A stretch of 64,000 bases of DNA. It comes from Mobula hypostoma (lineage: Eukaryota). The position numbers and the translations under genes were made by a program. This document shows positions 13,263-24,089 of this stretch, one piece after another. Each line of letters opens with the position of its first letter. Within the stretch, counting starts at the first letter, position 1. The notes under the pieces were generated by a model. That model was not told where the DNA came from. It did no database searches and saw only the letters and a program-made list of their open reading frames with translations. The stretch lies in assembly GCF_963921235.1 (NCBI RefSeq), contig NC_086097.1, positions 156,862,001 through 156,926,000 of the forward strand. Reading direction: 5' to 3'.

Positions 13263-14274
13263 TGAAACCCTCCATCAAGACAAATAGTGGAGAAGCAAGA
13301 TGGCCAACATAGAGAGGAAGGATCCTTTATATATATATATATCCAGTACAGTACATCATTACGGTTTTGATAAGTCTCATGGGAAAGTGGCAGAACAGAA
13401 ATAACGACCTGTATTGTATAATGATGCAATAACCTGGTTGTTACAAAAGTTCAAAATTTCAAAGTATATTTATTATCAAGGTACCTATATTATAAAGTAA
13501 TTTTGAAATGTCATCAACAACAGGAATTTTGAAATGTCATGTAGGATTGCTCTATTCTGTTCTGTTGTAAATTTGAAAAATCAGCAACCAAATTAGGGCT
13601 TACCAAATTTGCATTGACAAAAATGCATTGATAATCAGTAGTGACTGAGGAATTGTCTCTCGCACTTCGTTACAACCACTTCAAGGCAATGACCAGCCCT
13701 CCACTTAATGTCTGATTTTGAAGACAGAGAGTCTAACAACGTTGTATACAGCTTCGCATAGTCTCAGTGTCAGCCTTTGAGCTCAAGTATCCGCAGTAGG
13801 TTTAGTGCTCCAAAATCATTAAGAGATTGGCACCAGTGACACCCAGTGCTCTAACATTAAAACACGTAAAAACAATTAAATTTGGGAAATAATAAGCTTT
13901 TTTAATTATCTAGAATCAATAAAATTGTTTCTAAATTTTGACAGAGTAAAACACTAATTGTACCACGTTATTCTTTACGACGGCACATGCCTCTGATTTT
14001 CCAAATGGCCATGTCTAATACTGGGAAAGGGCAGCTGAATCTTGGTTAGATCCAGCTCCACTACTGGAGGAATTCACCCACCATCAGAGCTCAGTTTGGA
14101 AATCAGCAGTGAAACTCTGCCATGATGTGTGAGATATCTGTAACTGTGTAAGTGTCTGTGAAATGATCTTAATAAGATAGGAAAGATTAAGAGAGATAGA
14201 AACATAGAAACATAGAAAATAGGTGCAGGAGTAGGCCATTCGGCCCATCGAGCCTGCACTGCCATTCAGTATGA

Positions 14275-17200
14275 TCATGGCTGATCATCCAACTCAGAAC
14301 CCTCTACCTGCCTTCCCTCCAAACCCCTGATCCCTTTAACCACAAGGGCCATATCTAACTCCCTCTTAAGTATAGCCAATGAACTGGCCTCAACTGTTTC
14401 CTGTGGCAGAGAATTCCACAGATTCACCACTCTCTCTGTGAAGAAGTTTTTCCTTATCTCGGTCCTAAAAGGCTTCCCCTTTATCCTCAAACTGTGACTC
14501 CTCGTTCTGGACTTCCCCAACATCGGGAACAATCTTCCTGCATCTAGTCTGTCCAATCCCTTAAGGATTTTATATGTTTCAATAAGATCCCCCCTCAACC
14601 TTCTAAATTCCAACGAGTATAAGCCTAGTCGATCCAGTCTTTCATCATATGAAAGTCCTGCCATCCCAGGAATCAATCTGGTGAACCTTCTTTATACTCC
14701 CTCTATGGCAAGGATGTCTTTCCTCAGATTAGGGGACCAAAACTGCACACAATACTCCAGGTGTGGTCTCACCAAGGCCTTGTACAACTGTAGTAGTACC
14801 TCCCTGCACCTGTACTCGAATCCTCTTGCTATAAATGCCAGCATACCATTCGCCTTTTTCACCGCCTGCTGTACCTGCATGCCCACTTTCAATGACTGGT
14901 GTATAATGACACCCAGGTCTCATTGCACCTCCCCTTTTCCTAATCGGCCACCATTCAGATAATAATCTGTTTTCCCATTTTTGCCACCAAAGTGGATAAC
15001 TTCGCATTTATCCACATTAAATTGCATCTGCCATGAATTTGCCCACTCACCCAACCTATCCAAGTCACCCTGCATCCTCTTAGCATCCTCCTCACAGCTA
15101 ACACTGCCACCTAGCTTCGTGTCATCCGCAAACTTGGAGATGCTGCATTTAATTCCCTCATCCAAGTCATTAATATATATTGTAAACAACTGGGGTCCCA
15201 GCACTGAGCCTTGCGGTACCCCACTAGTCACCGCCTGCCATTCTGAAAAGGTCCTGTTTATTCCCACTCTTTGCTTCCTGTCTGCTAACCAATTCTCCAC
15301 CCACACCAATACCTTACCCCCAATACCGTGTGCTTTAAGTTTGCACACTAATCTCCTGTGTGGGACCTTGTCAAAAGCCTTTTGAAAATCCAAATATACC
15401 ACATCCACTGGTTCTCCCCTATCCACTCTACTAGTTACATCCTCAAAAAATTCTATGAGATTCGTCAGACATAATTTTCCTTTCACAAATCCATGCTGAC
15501 TTTGTCCGATGATTTCACCGCTTTCCAAATGTGCTGTTATCGCATCTTTGATAACTGACTGTAGCATTTTCCCCACCACCGATATTAGGCTAACCGGTCT
15601 ATAATTCCTCGGTTTCTCTCTCCCTCCTTTTTTAAAAAGTGGGGTTACATTAGCCACCCTCCAATCCTCAGGAATTAGTCCAGAATCTAAAGAGTTCTGA
15701 AAAATTATCACTAATGCATCCACTATTTCTTGGGCTACTTCCTTAAGCATTCTGGGATGCAGACCTGGGATTTATGTGCCTTTAATCCCTTCAATTTACC
15801 TAACACCACTTCCCTACTAGCATGTATTTCCCTCATTTCTTCCATCTCACTGGACCCTCTGTCCCCTACTATTTCTGGAAGATTATTTATGTCCTCCTTA
15901 GTGAAGACAGAACCAAAGTAATTATTCAATTGGTCTGCCATGTCCTTGCTCCCCATAATCAATTCACCGGTTTCTGTCTGTAGGGGGCCTACGTTTGTCT
16001 TAACCAATCTTTTTCTTTTCACATATCTATAAAAGCTTTTACAGTCAGTTTTTATGTTCCCTGCCAGTTTTCTCTCATAATCTTTTTTCCCTTTCCTAAT
16101 TAAGCCCTTTGTCCTCCTCTGCTGAACTCTGAATTTCTCCCAGTCCTCAGGTGAGCCACTTTTTCTGGCTAATTTGTATGTTTCTTCTTTGGAATTGATA
16201 CTATCCCTAATTTCCCTTGTCAACCACGGGTGCACTACCTTCCTTGAATTATTGTTTTGCCAAACTGGGATAAACAATTGTTGTTGTTCATCCATGCGAT
16301 CTTTAAATGCTTGCCATTGCATATCCACCGTCAACCCTTTAAGTGTCATTTGCCAGTCTATCTTAGCTAATTCATGTCTCATACCTTCAAAGTTACCCTT
16401 CTTTAAGTTCAGAACCTTTGTTTCTAAATTAACTATGTCACTCTCCATCTTAATGAAGAATTCCACCATATTATGGTCACTCTTATCCAAGGGGCCTCTC
16501 ACAACAATATTGTAAATTAACCCTTCCTCATTGCTCAATACCCAGTCTAGAATAGCCTGCTCTCTATTTGGTTCCTCAACATGTTGGTTCAAAAAACCAT
16601 CCTGCATACATTCCAAGAAATCCTCTTCCTCAGCACCCTTACCAATTTGGTTCACCCAATCTATATGTAGATTGAAGTCACCCATTATAACTGCTGTTCC
16701 TTTATTGCACACATTTCTAATTTCCTGTTTAATACCATCCCCAACCTCACTACTACTGTTAGGTGGCCTGTACACAACTCCCACCAGTGTTTTCTGCCCC
16801 TTAGTGTTATGCAGCTCTACCCATATCGATTCCACATCCTCCCGGCTAATGTCCTTCCTTTCTATTGTGTGAATCTCCTCTCTATTAGTGAGGCCGAATC
16901 TGGAGTATTGTGTTTAGTTTTGGTCACCAAGTTACAGGAAGGACATAAATAAGGTTGAAAGAGTGCAGAGAAGGTTTACAAGGATGTTGCCGGGACTTGA
17001 GAAACTCAGTTACAGAGAAAGGTTGAATAGGTTAGGACTTTATTCCCTGGAGCGTAGAAGAATGAGGGGAGATTTGATAGAGGTACATAAAATTATGGTG
17101 GGTATAGATAGAGTGAATGCATGCAGGCTTTTTCCACTGAGGCAAGGGGAGAAAAAAACCAGAGGACATGGGTTAAGGGTGAGGGGGGAAAAGTTTAAAG

Positions 17201-17748
17201 GAAACATTAGTGGGGGCTTCTTCACACAGAGAGTGGTGGGAGTATGGAATGAGCTGCCAGACGAGGTGGTAAATGCAGGTTCTTTTTTAACATTTAAGAA
17301 TAAATTGGACAGATACATGGATGGGAGGTGTATGGTGGGATATGGTCTGTGTGCAGGTCAGTGGGACTTGGCAGAAAATGGTTCGGCACAGCCAAGAAGG
17401 GCCAAAAGGCCAGTTTCTGTGCTGTAGTTTCTATGGTTTCTATGGTTTCTCTAACCAGCATTGCTACCCACCTCCTTTTTTTTCATGTCTATCCCTCCTG
17501 AATATTGAATATTCCTGAATGTTGAGCTCCCATCCTTGGTCACCCTGGAGCCATGTCTCTGTGATCCCAACTATATCATATTCATTAATAACAATCTGCA
17601 CTTTTAGTTCATCCACCTTGTTAGGAATGTTCCTTGCATTGACACACAAAGCCTTCAGGCTCGCTTTTACAACACTCTTAGCGCTTAATACAATTATGTT
17701 GAAAAGTGGCCCTTTTTGATTTTTGCCCTGGATTTGCCGGCCTGCCAC
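14275..17748 (-). pseudogene. CR1 ORF2 (apurinic-like endonuclease plus reverse transcriptase), broken
   Basis: Motifs [67 protein letters not shown]. Split by frameshifts, a stop and a nested insertion. Confidence 0.95.
16886..17449 (+). mobile_element. CR1 3' fragment, (CTATGGTTT)n tail subfamily, nested in the older host CR1 endonuclease
   Basis: ORF 16963-17427 (QRRFTRMLPGLE...FFTQRVVGVWNELP). Near-identical to the reverse complement of 24700-25255. Confidence 0.92.
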
Positions 17749-17890
17749 TTTTACTTTTCACCTTACTACATTTTGCTTCTACCCTCATTTTACATCCCTC
17801 TGTCTCTCTGCATTTGTTCCCATCCCCCTGTTGTGAGCTAATCTCCTCTCTCCTAGTCTCTTTAATTTGATTCCCACTCCCCAACCAAAA

Positions 17891-18570
17891 TCACCTCAGT
17901 AGCCCTCGCAAATCTCCCCGCCAGGATATGTCATTGGTACCTATATGTACCACGACCTCTAGCTCCTCACCTTCCCACTTCAGGATATCTTGGACACGAT
18001 CAGGAATATCCCGGACCCTGGCACCAGGGAGACAAACTACCATCTGGGTCTCTGGACTGCGTTCACAGAATCGCCTATCTGACCCTCTTACTATCGAGTC
18101 CCCTATTACAACTGCCCTCCTCTTCCTTTCGCTACCCTTCTGAGCTACAGGGCTGGACTCTGTGCTGGAGGCACGGACACTGTTGCTTCCCCCAGGTAAG
18201 CTGTCCCCCACAACAGTACTCAAACTGGAGTACCTATTGTCAAGGGACACAGCCACCGGGGTACTCTCTATTACCTAAATCTTCCCCTCCTCCTCCTAAC
18301 CATGACCCACTTGTCTGCCTCCCGTGGCCCCAGTGTGACCACCTGCCTGTAACTCCTCTCTATCAACTCCTCACTCTCCCTGACCAGATGAAGGTCGTCG
18401 AGCTGCAGCTCCAGTTCCCTAACGCGGTCCCTTAGGAGCTGCATCCCGGCGCACCTGGCGTAGATGTGGACGTCCGGGAGGCTTGGAGACTCCAGGGCCT
18501 TCCACATCCGGCACCGAGAACAACAAACTGCCCTCACACTCATACTGCCCCTCTCCTCAAATAACAACAA
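17891..18570 (-). pseudogene. CR1 ORF1 (zinc-finger/coiled-coil plus SGNH esterase), broken
   Basis: CCSRCRMW...CAGMQLLRDRVRELELQLDDL, then VVIGDSIVRG, VCLPGARVRD, VVVHIGTND. Confidence 0.9.
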
Positions 18571-19039
18571 AAAATGAATACCAAACCTTCCTTGCCTCGC
18601 CTGTTTCCGCCTAAGTCTGTTGAGCCGAAGCCCTTAAGCCTTCACTCTGCTTCCGGCTCACTCCACTGCCTGCGAACTACGCTGCCCGCTGTATGAGGCT
18701 GTGTTCCTTTTGAATCTTCCGCACTTCACTGCCTGACGTCACACGCCTGCGCAGTCCCGCTTCTCTGATTTGGGCCAAATATGGGCAAATGAGATTAGTT
18801 TAGATGGACATCATGGTAGGCATGTTTGGCTGAGCAGAAGGGCCCAGTTCTGGCTGGATTATTCTATGTCTCTATGATGATGAAGTGTCAGCTAAACCTT
18901 ACAGATTCTAGGACAGTGAATGTAATCAATTGACCACAACAAATTGTCTAAATTAGATGCAGAGAATCCAGCCACTGTATGACAATACAATTAAATTACA
19001 TTTTCTGTCAATAACAAGTAATTTGCATTTGTGTTTCAT

Positions 19040-19640
19040 GCCATGGCTAGGACCACCAGTGCCTCTACTTCCTCAGGAGGCTTAATAAATTTGGCATGTT
19101 CCCTTTGACCCTAACCAATTTTTATTGATGCATGATAGAAAGCAATCTATCCATCACAGCTTGGTAGGGCAACTGCTTTGCCCAAGACTGCAAGGAACTG
19201 CAGAAAGTTGTGGACATAGCTCAACACATCATTGAAATGAATGTCTGTCTACAATTCTTGCTGCTTCATTAAAGCAGCCTAAAATAATCAACGAGCCCTC
19301 CTACTTCGGATATTCTCTCTTCTACCCCACTCATCCCCATCAGACAGAAGATACAGAAGTCTGAAACCATGTACCACTAGGCTCATGGATTGTTTCTATC
19401 CCACTGTTACAAGATGATTGAAAAGTTCCCTAGTATGACAGGACAGGCTCATACTCCACTCGGCTGTGGCCTTGCAGTTCATTGTCTGCCTGCAACTGCA
19501 CATGCTCTGTAACTGTAACACTTCATCCTGGATTCTGTTATTGCTTTTCCTTGTACTACCTCAATGTAATGAAGTGATCTGTGTGGAAGGAATGTTTTTA
19601 CTGTACATCAGTACATTTGACAATAATAAACAACATTACT
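19040..19640 (+). mobile_element. Rex1/Babar-like LINE 3' fragment, decayed
   Basis: CAGTGCCTCTACTTCCTCAGGAGGCT (QRLYFLRRL-like) and GCAAGGAACTGCAGAAAGTTGTG, ending TGACAATAATAAAC. Confidence 0.7.
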
Positions 19641-20204
19641 AGTTTCACTTAACCAGTGTCAACACTTTCTGACTCCACCTCACCATTCATCCTCACCTCC
19701 TGATTTCAGGAAAGAATGGATAAGTGGGTCACTTCTCTCCAAACAAGTATGCTGAGAGCAACCAATCAAAAGTCTTTAAAAGTATGACATAGCTTTGAGA
19801 GCAGAGGCAAGATGAGAGTACATCATGGAGAAGAACAGAAGATCAAGACCAAGATGCCAAACAGTGAATTCTGAAGACATTTCTTTACCTGTTTAAACTG
19901 AGATTTTGGGATTTGCCCAAAGTAATCAGTAAAAATGAAAGATTCCTTGATAAAAAGAATGGACAAGAGAAAGGGAAACTAATGGTTATGCTTATATGAG
20001 AGGAGGTTCAGCAATGTTGGTGCAGCCTTCTTAAGCTGAGTAAACCCTTTCAGTGCATTGTGCTGCGTATAATTATGAGGAAGGTTACTGCAAGTTTAGA
20101 AGTGCTGGCAGCTGTCTGGTAGACAAGGTTTAATACAGAAAAGTTTAAAAGTGCTGCATTTTGGAGTAAGAAATAAGCAACATCTTAAACAACATGTTAA
20201 ACTA

Positions 20205-20445
20205 CCATTTTACTTTACTTTATACTTTATTGCCCCCAAACAATTGATACTAGAATGTATAATCATCATAGCGATATTTGATTCTGCGCTTCCCGTTCCC
20301 TGGATTACAAATTGATAGTAAATATTAAAAATTTAAATTATAAATCATAAATAGAAAATAGAAAAATGGAATGTAAGGTAGTGCAAAAAAACTGAGATGC
20401 AGGTCAGGATATTTGGAGGGTACGGCCCAGATCCGGGTCAGGATT
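20205..20445 (-). mobile_element. Short non-LTR 3'-end fragment (AGTAA-type tail)
   Basis: Begins TTTACTTTACTTTATACTTTATTG on +, i.e. a minus-strand AATAAA plus simple tail. Confidence 0.45.
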
Positions 20446-20669
20446 TTACAAGAGTTGCAAGAGCAGGGAAACAATATGTTTGAAATTGGCCAGAGAAGTT
20501 GGCATCAGGGTGGCCTCTCGAAATTCCCTCCTTTAATCTAACCTCTTGAATTCCCAAAAACCCTTTTCAGAAGCTACTTCCTCAACTAAGCTTCTGGTCA
20601 CCAGTCAGAGATACTTGTATGTTTGGTATCATATTTTAATTGATAATGTGGTTAGGTTTTATGAGTGTT

Positions 20670-21295
20670 TGGAAAACCTAATTAGGGATAGTCAGCATGC
20701 GGGGCAAGTTTTGTCTTATTAACTTGATCAAGTTTTTCAAGTTTTCAAGGTGACAAAAGTGATTAGTGGAAGTAGATGCTGTCTACATTGATTTTAGTAA
20801 GGTGTTTGATAAGGTTCCTCATTTGATGCTCATTCAGAAGATTAAAAAGCATAGGATATATGGTGAATTGGCCAATAGGAGAAAGTGGGTAGTGGTAGCT
20901 GTGACTTACTGTATTTTGGCTGCAAGTTTCTGACTACAGCTGTTCCACAAGGATCTAAAACTGGGACCTCTGCTGTTTGTAATATATATAAATGACTTGG
21001 AAGAAAATGTAGATGTGAGAGTTAGTAAGTTTGCAGGTGACATGAAGATTTGCTAGTGTTACAGAAAATATAGAAGACTGGCAAAGTATCCAGCAGAATA
21101 TAAATCAGATGCAAATACGGGTGGAGAAATAGCAAACAGAGTTTAACCTGGCCAAACTTGAAGTGCAGTACTTGAAGTGAAGATCTAATATAAAGAGATA
21201 GTAACTCTTACTGGCAAGACCTTCATGATGAGCAGAGGGATTTTGGGACCCAAATCCATGTCCCCCTGAAAGTGGCTACACAGGTTGACAGATTA
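20670..21295 (+). mobile_element. Old CR1 RT fragment
   Basis: GATTTTAGTAAGGTGTTTGATAAGGTTCC (DFSKxFDKVP), GTTCCACAAGGATC (VPQGS), AGTAAGTTTGCAGGTGAC (SKFAxD). Confidence 0.8.
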
Positions 21296-22009
21296 ATGTC
21301 ACGAAGTACCCAAATTCACATTCTGCAGTCTCACATGCCAACCTGAAGATTGCAAATAAGCTGATCATTTAAGGCAGCAGTGTGAACACAAAATTAATGG
21401 TCTAGTGGGCAGCATTGATCTCTAGTCTGCAATATGTTTCTGAGAACTCAGTACTTACAGCGGGCACCTCAAGGCACTGGAAATATATCACCAACACAGT
21501 TGCTGCAAAATCCTCCAAATTAACTGGAAGGATAAGCCAGCTAACATCAGTTTTCCCTCACGGTTCACGGGTTATTCTTAGTTGGCCATTCCGATCACTT
21601 GTCAGCAGCAAACTTTTGAAACATATTCTATTCTGAACTCGTGGTGGGATGAGATTGTTCAATGAGCACACAGAGTCCTGCATAGGCATCAAAGGAATGT
21701 ACCACCTCATCAGCTTCTCATTCACCTTCCGATCAGCCTCTTTCTGCCCAATCCATTCGCTCCCACAGAATTAGTTATGCATCATCAAGAACCCCCACCA
21801 TCCAGGCCATGCTCTCTTCTGGCTGCTGCCATCAGGAAGGCGGTATAGGGGCTTTATGTCCCACACCAGGAAGTTATTACTCCTCAACCATCAGGCTCCT
21901 GAACCAGTGTGGATAACTTTACTCATCTCAACACTGAACTGATTCCACAATCTCAGGACTCACTTTCATGGACTCTATAACTCATGTACTCAATACTATT
22001 AATTTATTC

Positions 22010-22408
22010 CTGTTGGTGGACCTCGAAGGGCAGCTGAAGTTCCCTAACCATATCGCAGCCACCACCCTGCGACCAGACATTGTCCTAGTGTCTGAGGCTA
22101 CTAAGCAAGTGGTGCTGCTGGAGCTGACAGTCCCATGGGAAGATAGCTTGGAAGAGGCCTTTGAAAGGAAGCTCTCCAAGTATGCAGGACTGGTCAGCAA
22201 CTGTCAGCAGGCTAGTTGGAGAGCGAGGTGTCTCCCAGTGGAGGCTGGTTGTAGGGGATTCATAGCCCGTTCTTTAGTTAGAGCCTTCAGCATTTTGGGC
22301 TTCGATGGAGAGAGGAAGAGGAGAGCCATCCGCAGTACCACCGATGCGGCAGAGAGGGCCTCAAGATGGCTGTGGCTCAAAAGAGGGGAGCCATGGAGCC
22401 ATAAGTAG
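22010..22408 (+). pseudogene. HERO-type restriction-like (PD-D/E-xK) endonuclease domain, C-terminal fragment
   Basis: TTLRPDIVLVS...LLELTVPWE...ERKLSKY...PVEAGCRGF...AERASRWLWLKR. Frame is open but 5'-truncated. Confidence 0.88.
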
Positions 22409-22415
22409 CTAGCCA

Positions 22416-22533
22416 TCTGGACACAAGCTGGGGTCTGATCAGCCCTGGCTGGGTCACCTGGAGGAGGCTGTATGATGTTGAAAGACCCGAAACAGCCGAT
22501 GATTCCAGGAACATCACTGAAGATGTGTCCAGA
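22416..22533 (+). ncRNA. Predicted rearranged (non-circularly permuted) hammerhead ribozyme in the HERO 3' UTR
   Basis: CTGAAGA 22517-22523, GAAA 22489-22492, GTA 22470-22472. Perfect stems TGATGTT/AACATCA, GGCTGT/ACAGCC, GGGTCT/AGACCC, TCTGGACACA/TGTGTCCAGA. Confidence 0.65.
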
Positions 22534-23573
22534 AGCATCAACAGATGTATGTACACAGCATTCATTTATTATTATTGTTTTTTTTTATTTCCACAGTTCG
22601 TCTTCTTTTGCAAATTGTTTGCTTGTCAGTCTTTATGTGTAGCTTTTCATTGATTCTATTGTATTTCTCTGTTCTAATGTGCATGCCTGCAAGAAAATGA
22701 ATCTCTGGGTAGTAGATAATGACATATCTGTACCTTGATAATAAATTTAGTTTGAACTTTGAACCCACATAACCAGGGTGGACACAAGTCATTCATGCTT
22801 CCAAGAAACTGCCTAAGATGAAGTAGAATAGTGAAAGTCACAGTGTTCAACACACACACACACAGAGGTGAAAAAGCAGCTTCTTTCAGGGACTCATGGT
22901 ATTTCACTTTACAAGTGATTTCTGATAACATTTTATCATGACAGTTTCTACCCAGATAAAACAACATTCTGGTTTACTGTTTTATGATCTACTAAACTGT
23001 AACGAACCTTCAACATGACTGTCAGGAGAAGCATGTTACATTCCCCTAGCCTGCATTGAGACTGAAAACAATGTTGGCCACCCAACATATTCAAAATTAA
23101 GTAAGAGATTTTTTCCATAGATTTTTGTTCCATCCATAGATATTAGATGGAATATGTAATTAAAATTCTCCAACAATGACTAATTTGCAAAATGCTAAGC
23201 ACTAATTTCAATAGACTTCTAGACATCTGGAAAATTGAAAATGTCACTCCACTCATTAAGAAGGGAGAGAGGCAGAAGAAATGAAATTATAGGCCACTTC
23301 ACCTGACCTCAGTAGTTAAGAAGAATTAGAAGTCCATTGTAAGGGTTGAAGTGTTGGCACATACTAACACAGGCCAAAGTCAGCATGGTTTCCTTCAGGG
23401 GAAATCTTGTCTGACAAATTTTCTGGAATTCCTTGAGGAAATAGCAGGCAGGATAGACAAAGGAAAGTTAACGGATATTGTTCACTTGGATTTTCAGAAG
23501 GCATTTGATAAGGTGCCATACATGAGGCTGCGTAACAAGATAAGAGCTCATAGTATTACAGAAAATATATTAG

Positions 23574-23884
23574 ACCATAAGACCATAAGACAAAGGAGCA
23601 GAAGTCGGCCATTCAGCCCATCGAGTCTGCTCTGCCATTTTATCATGAGCTGATCCATTCTCCCATTTAGTCCCACTCTCCCGCCTTCTCACCATAACCT
23701 TTGATGCCCTGGCTACTCAGATACCTATCAATCTCTGCCTTAAATATACCCAATGACTTGGCCTCCACTACCGCCTGTGGCAACAAATTGCATAGACTCA
23801 GCACCCTCTGGCTAAAAAAATTTCTTCGCATCTCTGTTCTGAAAGGGCGCCCTTCAGTCCTTAAGTCATGCCCTTTCATACTAG
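23574..23884 (-). mobile_element. CR1 3' fragment nested antisense in CR1
   Basis: ORF 23667-23879 (RNFFSQRVLSLCNLLP), ACCATAAG tail repeats on +, ATATTAG repeated at both flanks. Confidence 0.85.
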
Positions 23885-24089
23885 AATATTAGCATGTATA
23901 GAAGAATAGCTGACTAGTAGGAGGCAAAGATTTGGGATAAAGGAGGCATTTTCTAGTTGGTTGCAAGCGATAAGCAGTGTTCCACGGGGGTTAGTGTTGA
24001 GATCGCTTCTTTTCACATTATATGCTAATGATTTGGATGACAGAATTGATGGCTTTGTGGGCAAGTTGAATAAGCAGGGCATGTGAAGA

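Larger units (their letters stand above)
14197..18765 (-). mobile_element. Near full-length young CR1 LINE, (TATGTTTC)n tail subfamily, disrupted
   Basis: ORF1 pieces at 17891-18570, ORF2 APE/RT pieces at 14275-17748, 3' tail seen on + as GAAACATA repeats, CpG-rich putative 5' UTR at about 18590-18765. Confidence 0.95.
22009..22559 (+). mobile_element. 5'-truncated HERO-type (R2 group) non-LTR retrotransposon
   Basis: Restriction-like endonuclease C-terminus plus structured 3' UTR. Flanks ATTAATTTATT (21998-22008) and ATTCATTTATT (22560-22570) form a 10/11 TSD. Confidence 0.85.
21780..22765 (+). mobile_element. Rex1-like 3' fragment interrupted by the HERO insertion
   Basis: AACCCCCACCATCCAGGCCATGCTCTCTTC...CTGCCATCAGGAAGGCGG (xPHHPGHALF.LLPSGRR). 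Tail GATAATAAATTTAGTTTGAACTTTGAAC. Confidence 0.75.

Noticed and set aside
12873..13287. His/Thr/Arg-rich repeat proteins
   Set aside because: These are translations of an AC-rich tandem repeat inside a SINE.
13690..13810. Ancient Deu-domain SINE remnant (AGTGTCAGCCT...GCTCAAGT)
   Set aside because: Similarity is too short and degenerate to call without an HMM search.
14681..16872. Plus-strand ORFs such as MPPKWITSHL and MNLLYTPSM, recurring near 39150 and 58827
   Set aside because: These are antisense shadows of CR1 ORF2 that recur only because the element is repeated.
21968..22408. Horizontally acquired restriction endonuclease gene
   Set aside because: Motifs match the C-terminal RLE of HERO-type LINEs. 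The predicted start lies in flanking Rex1 sequence and a TSD is present.
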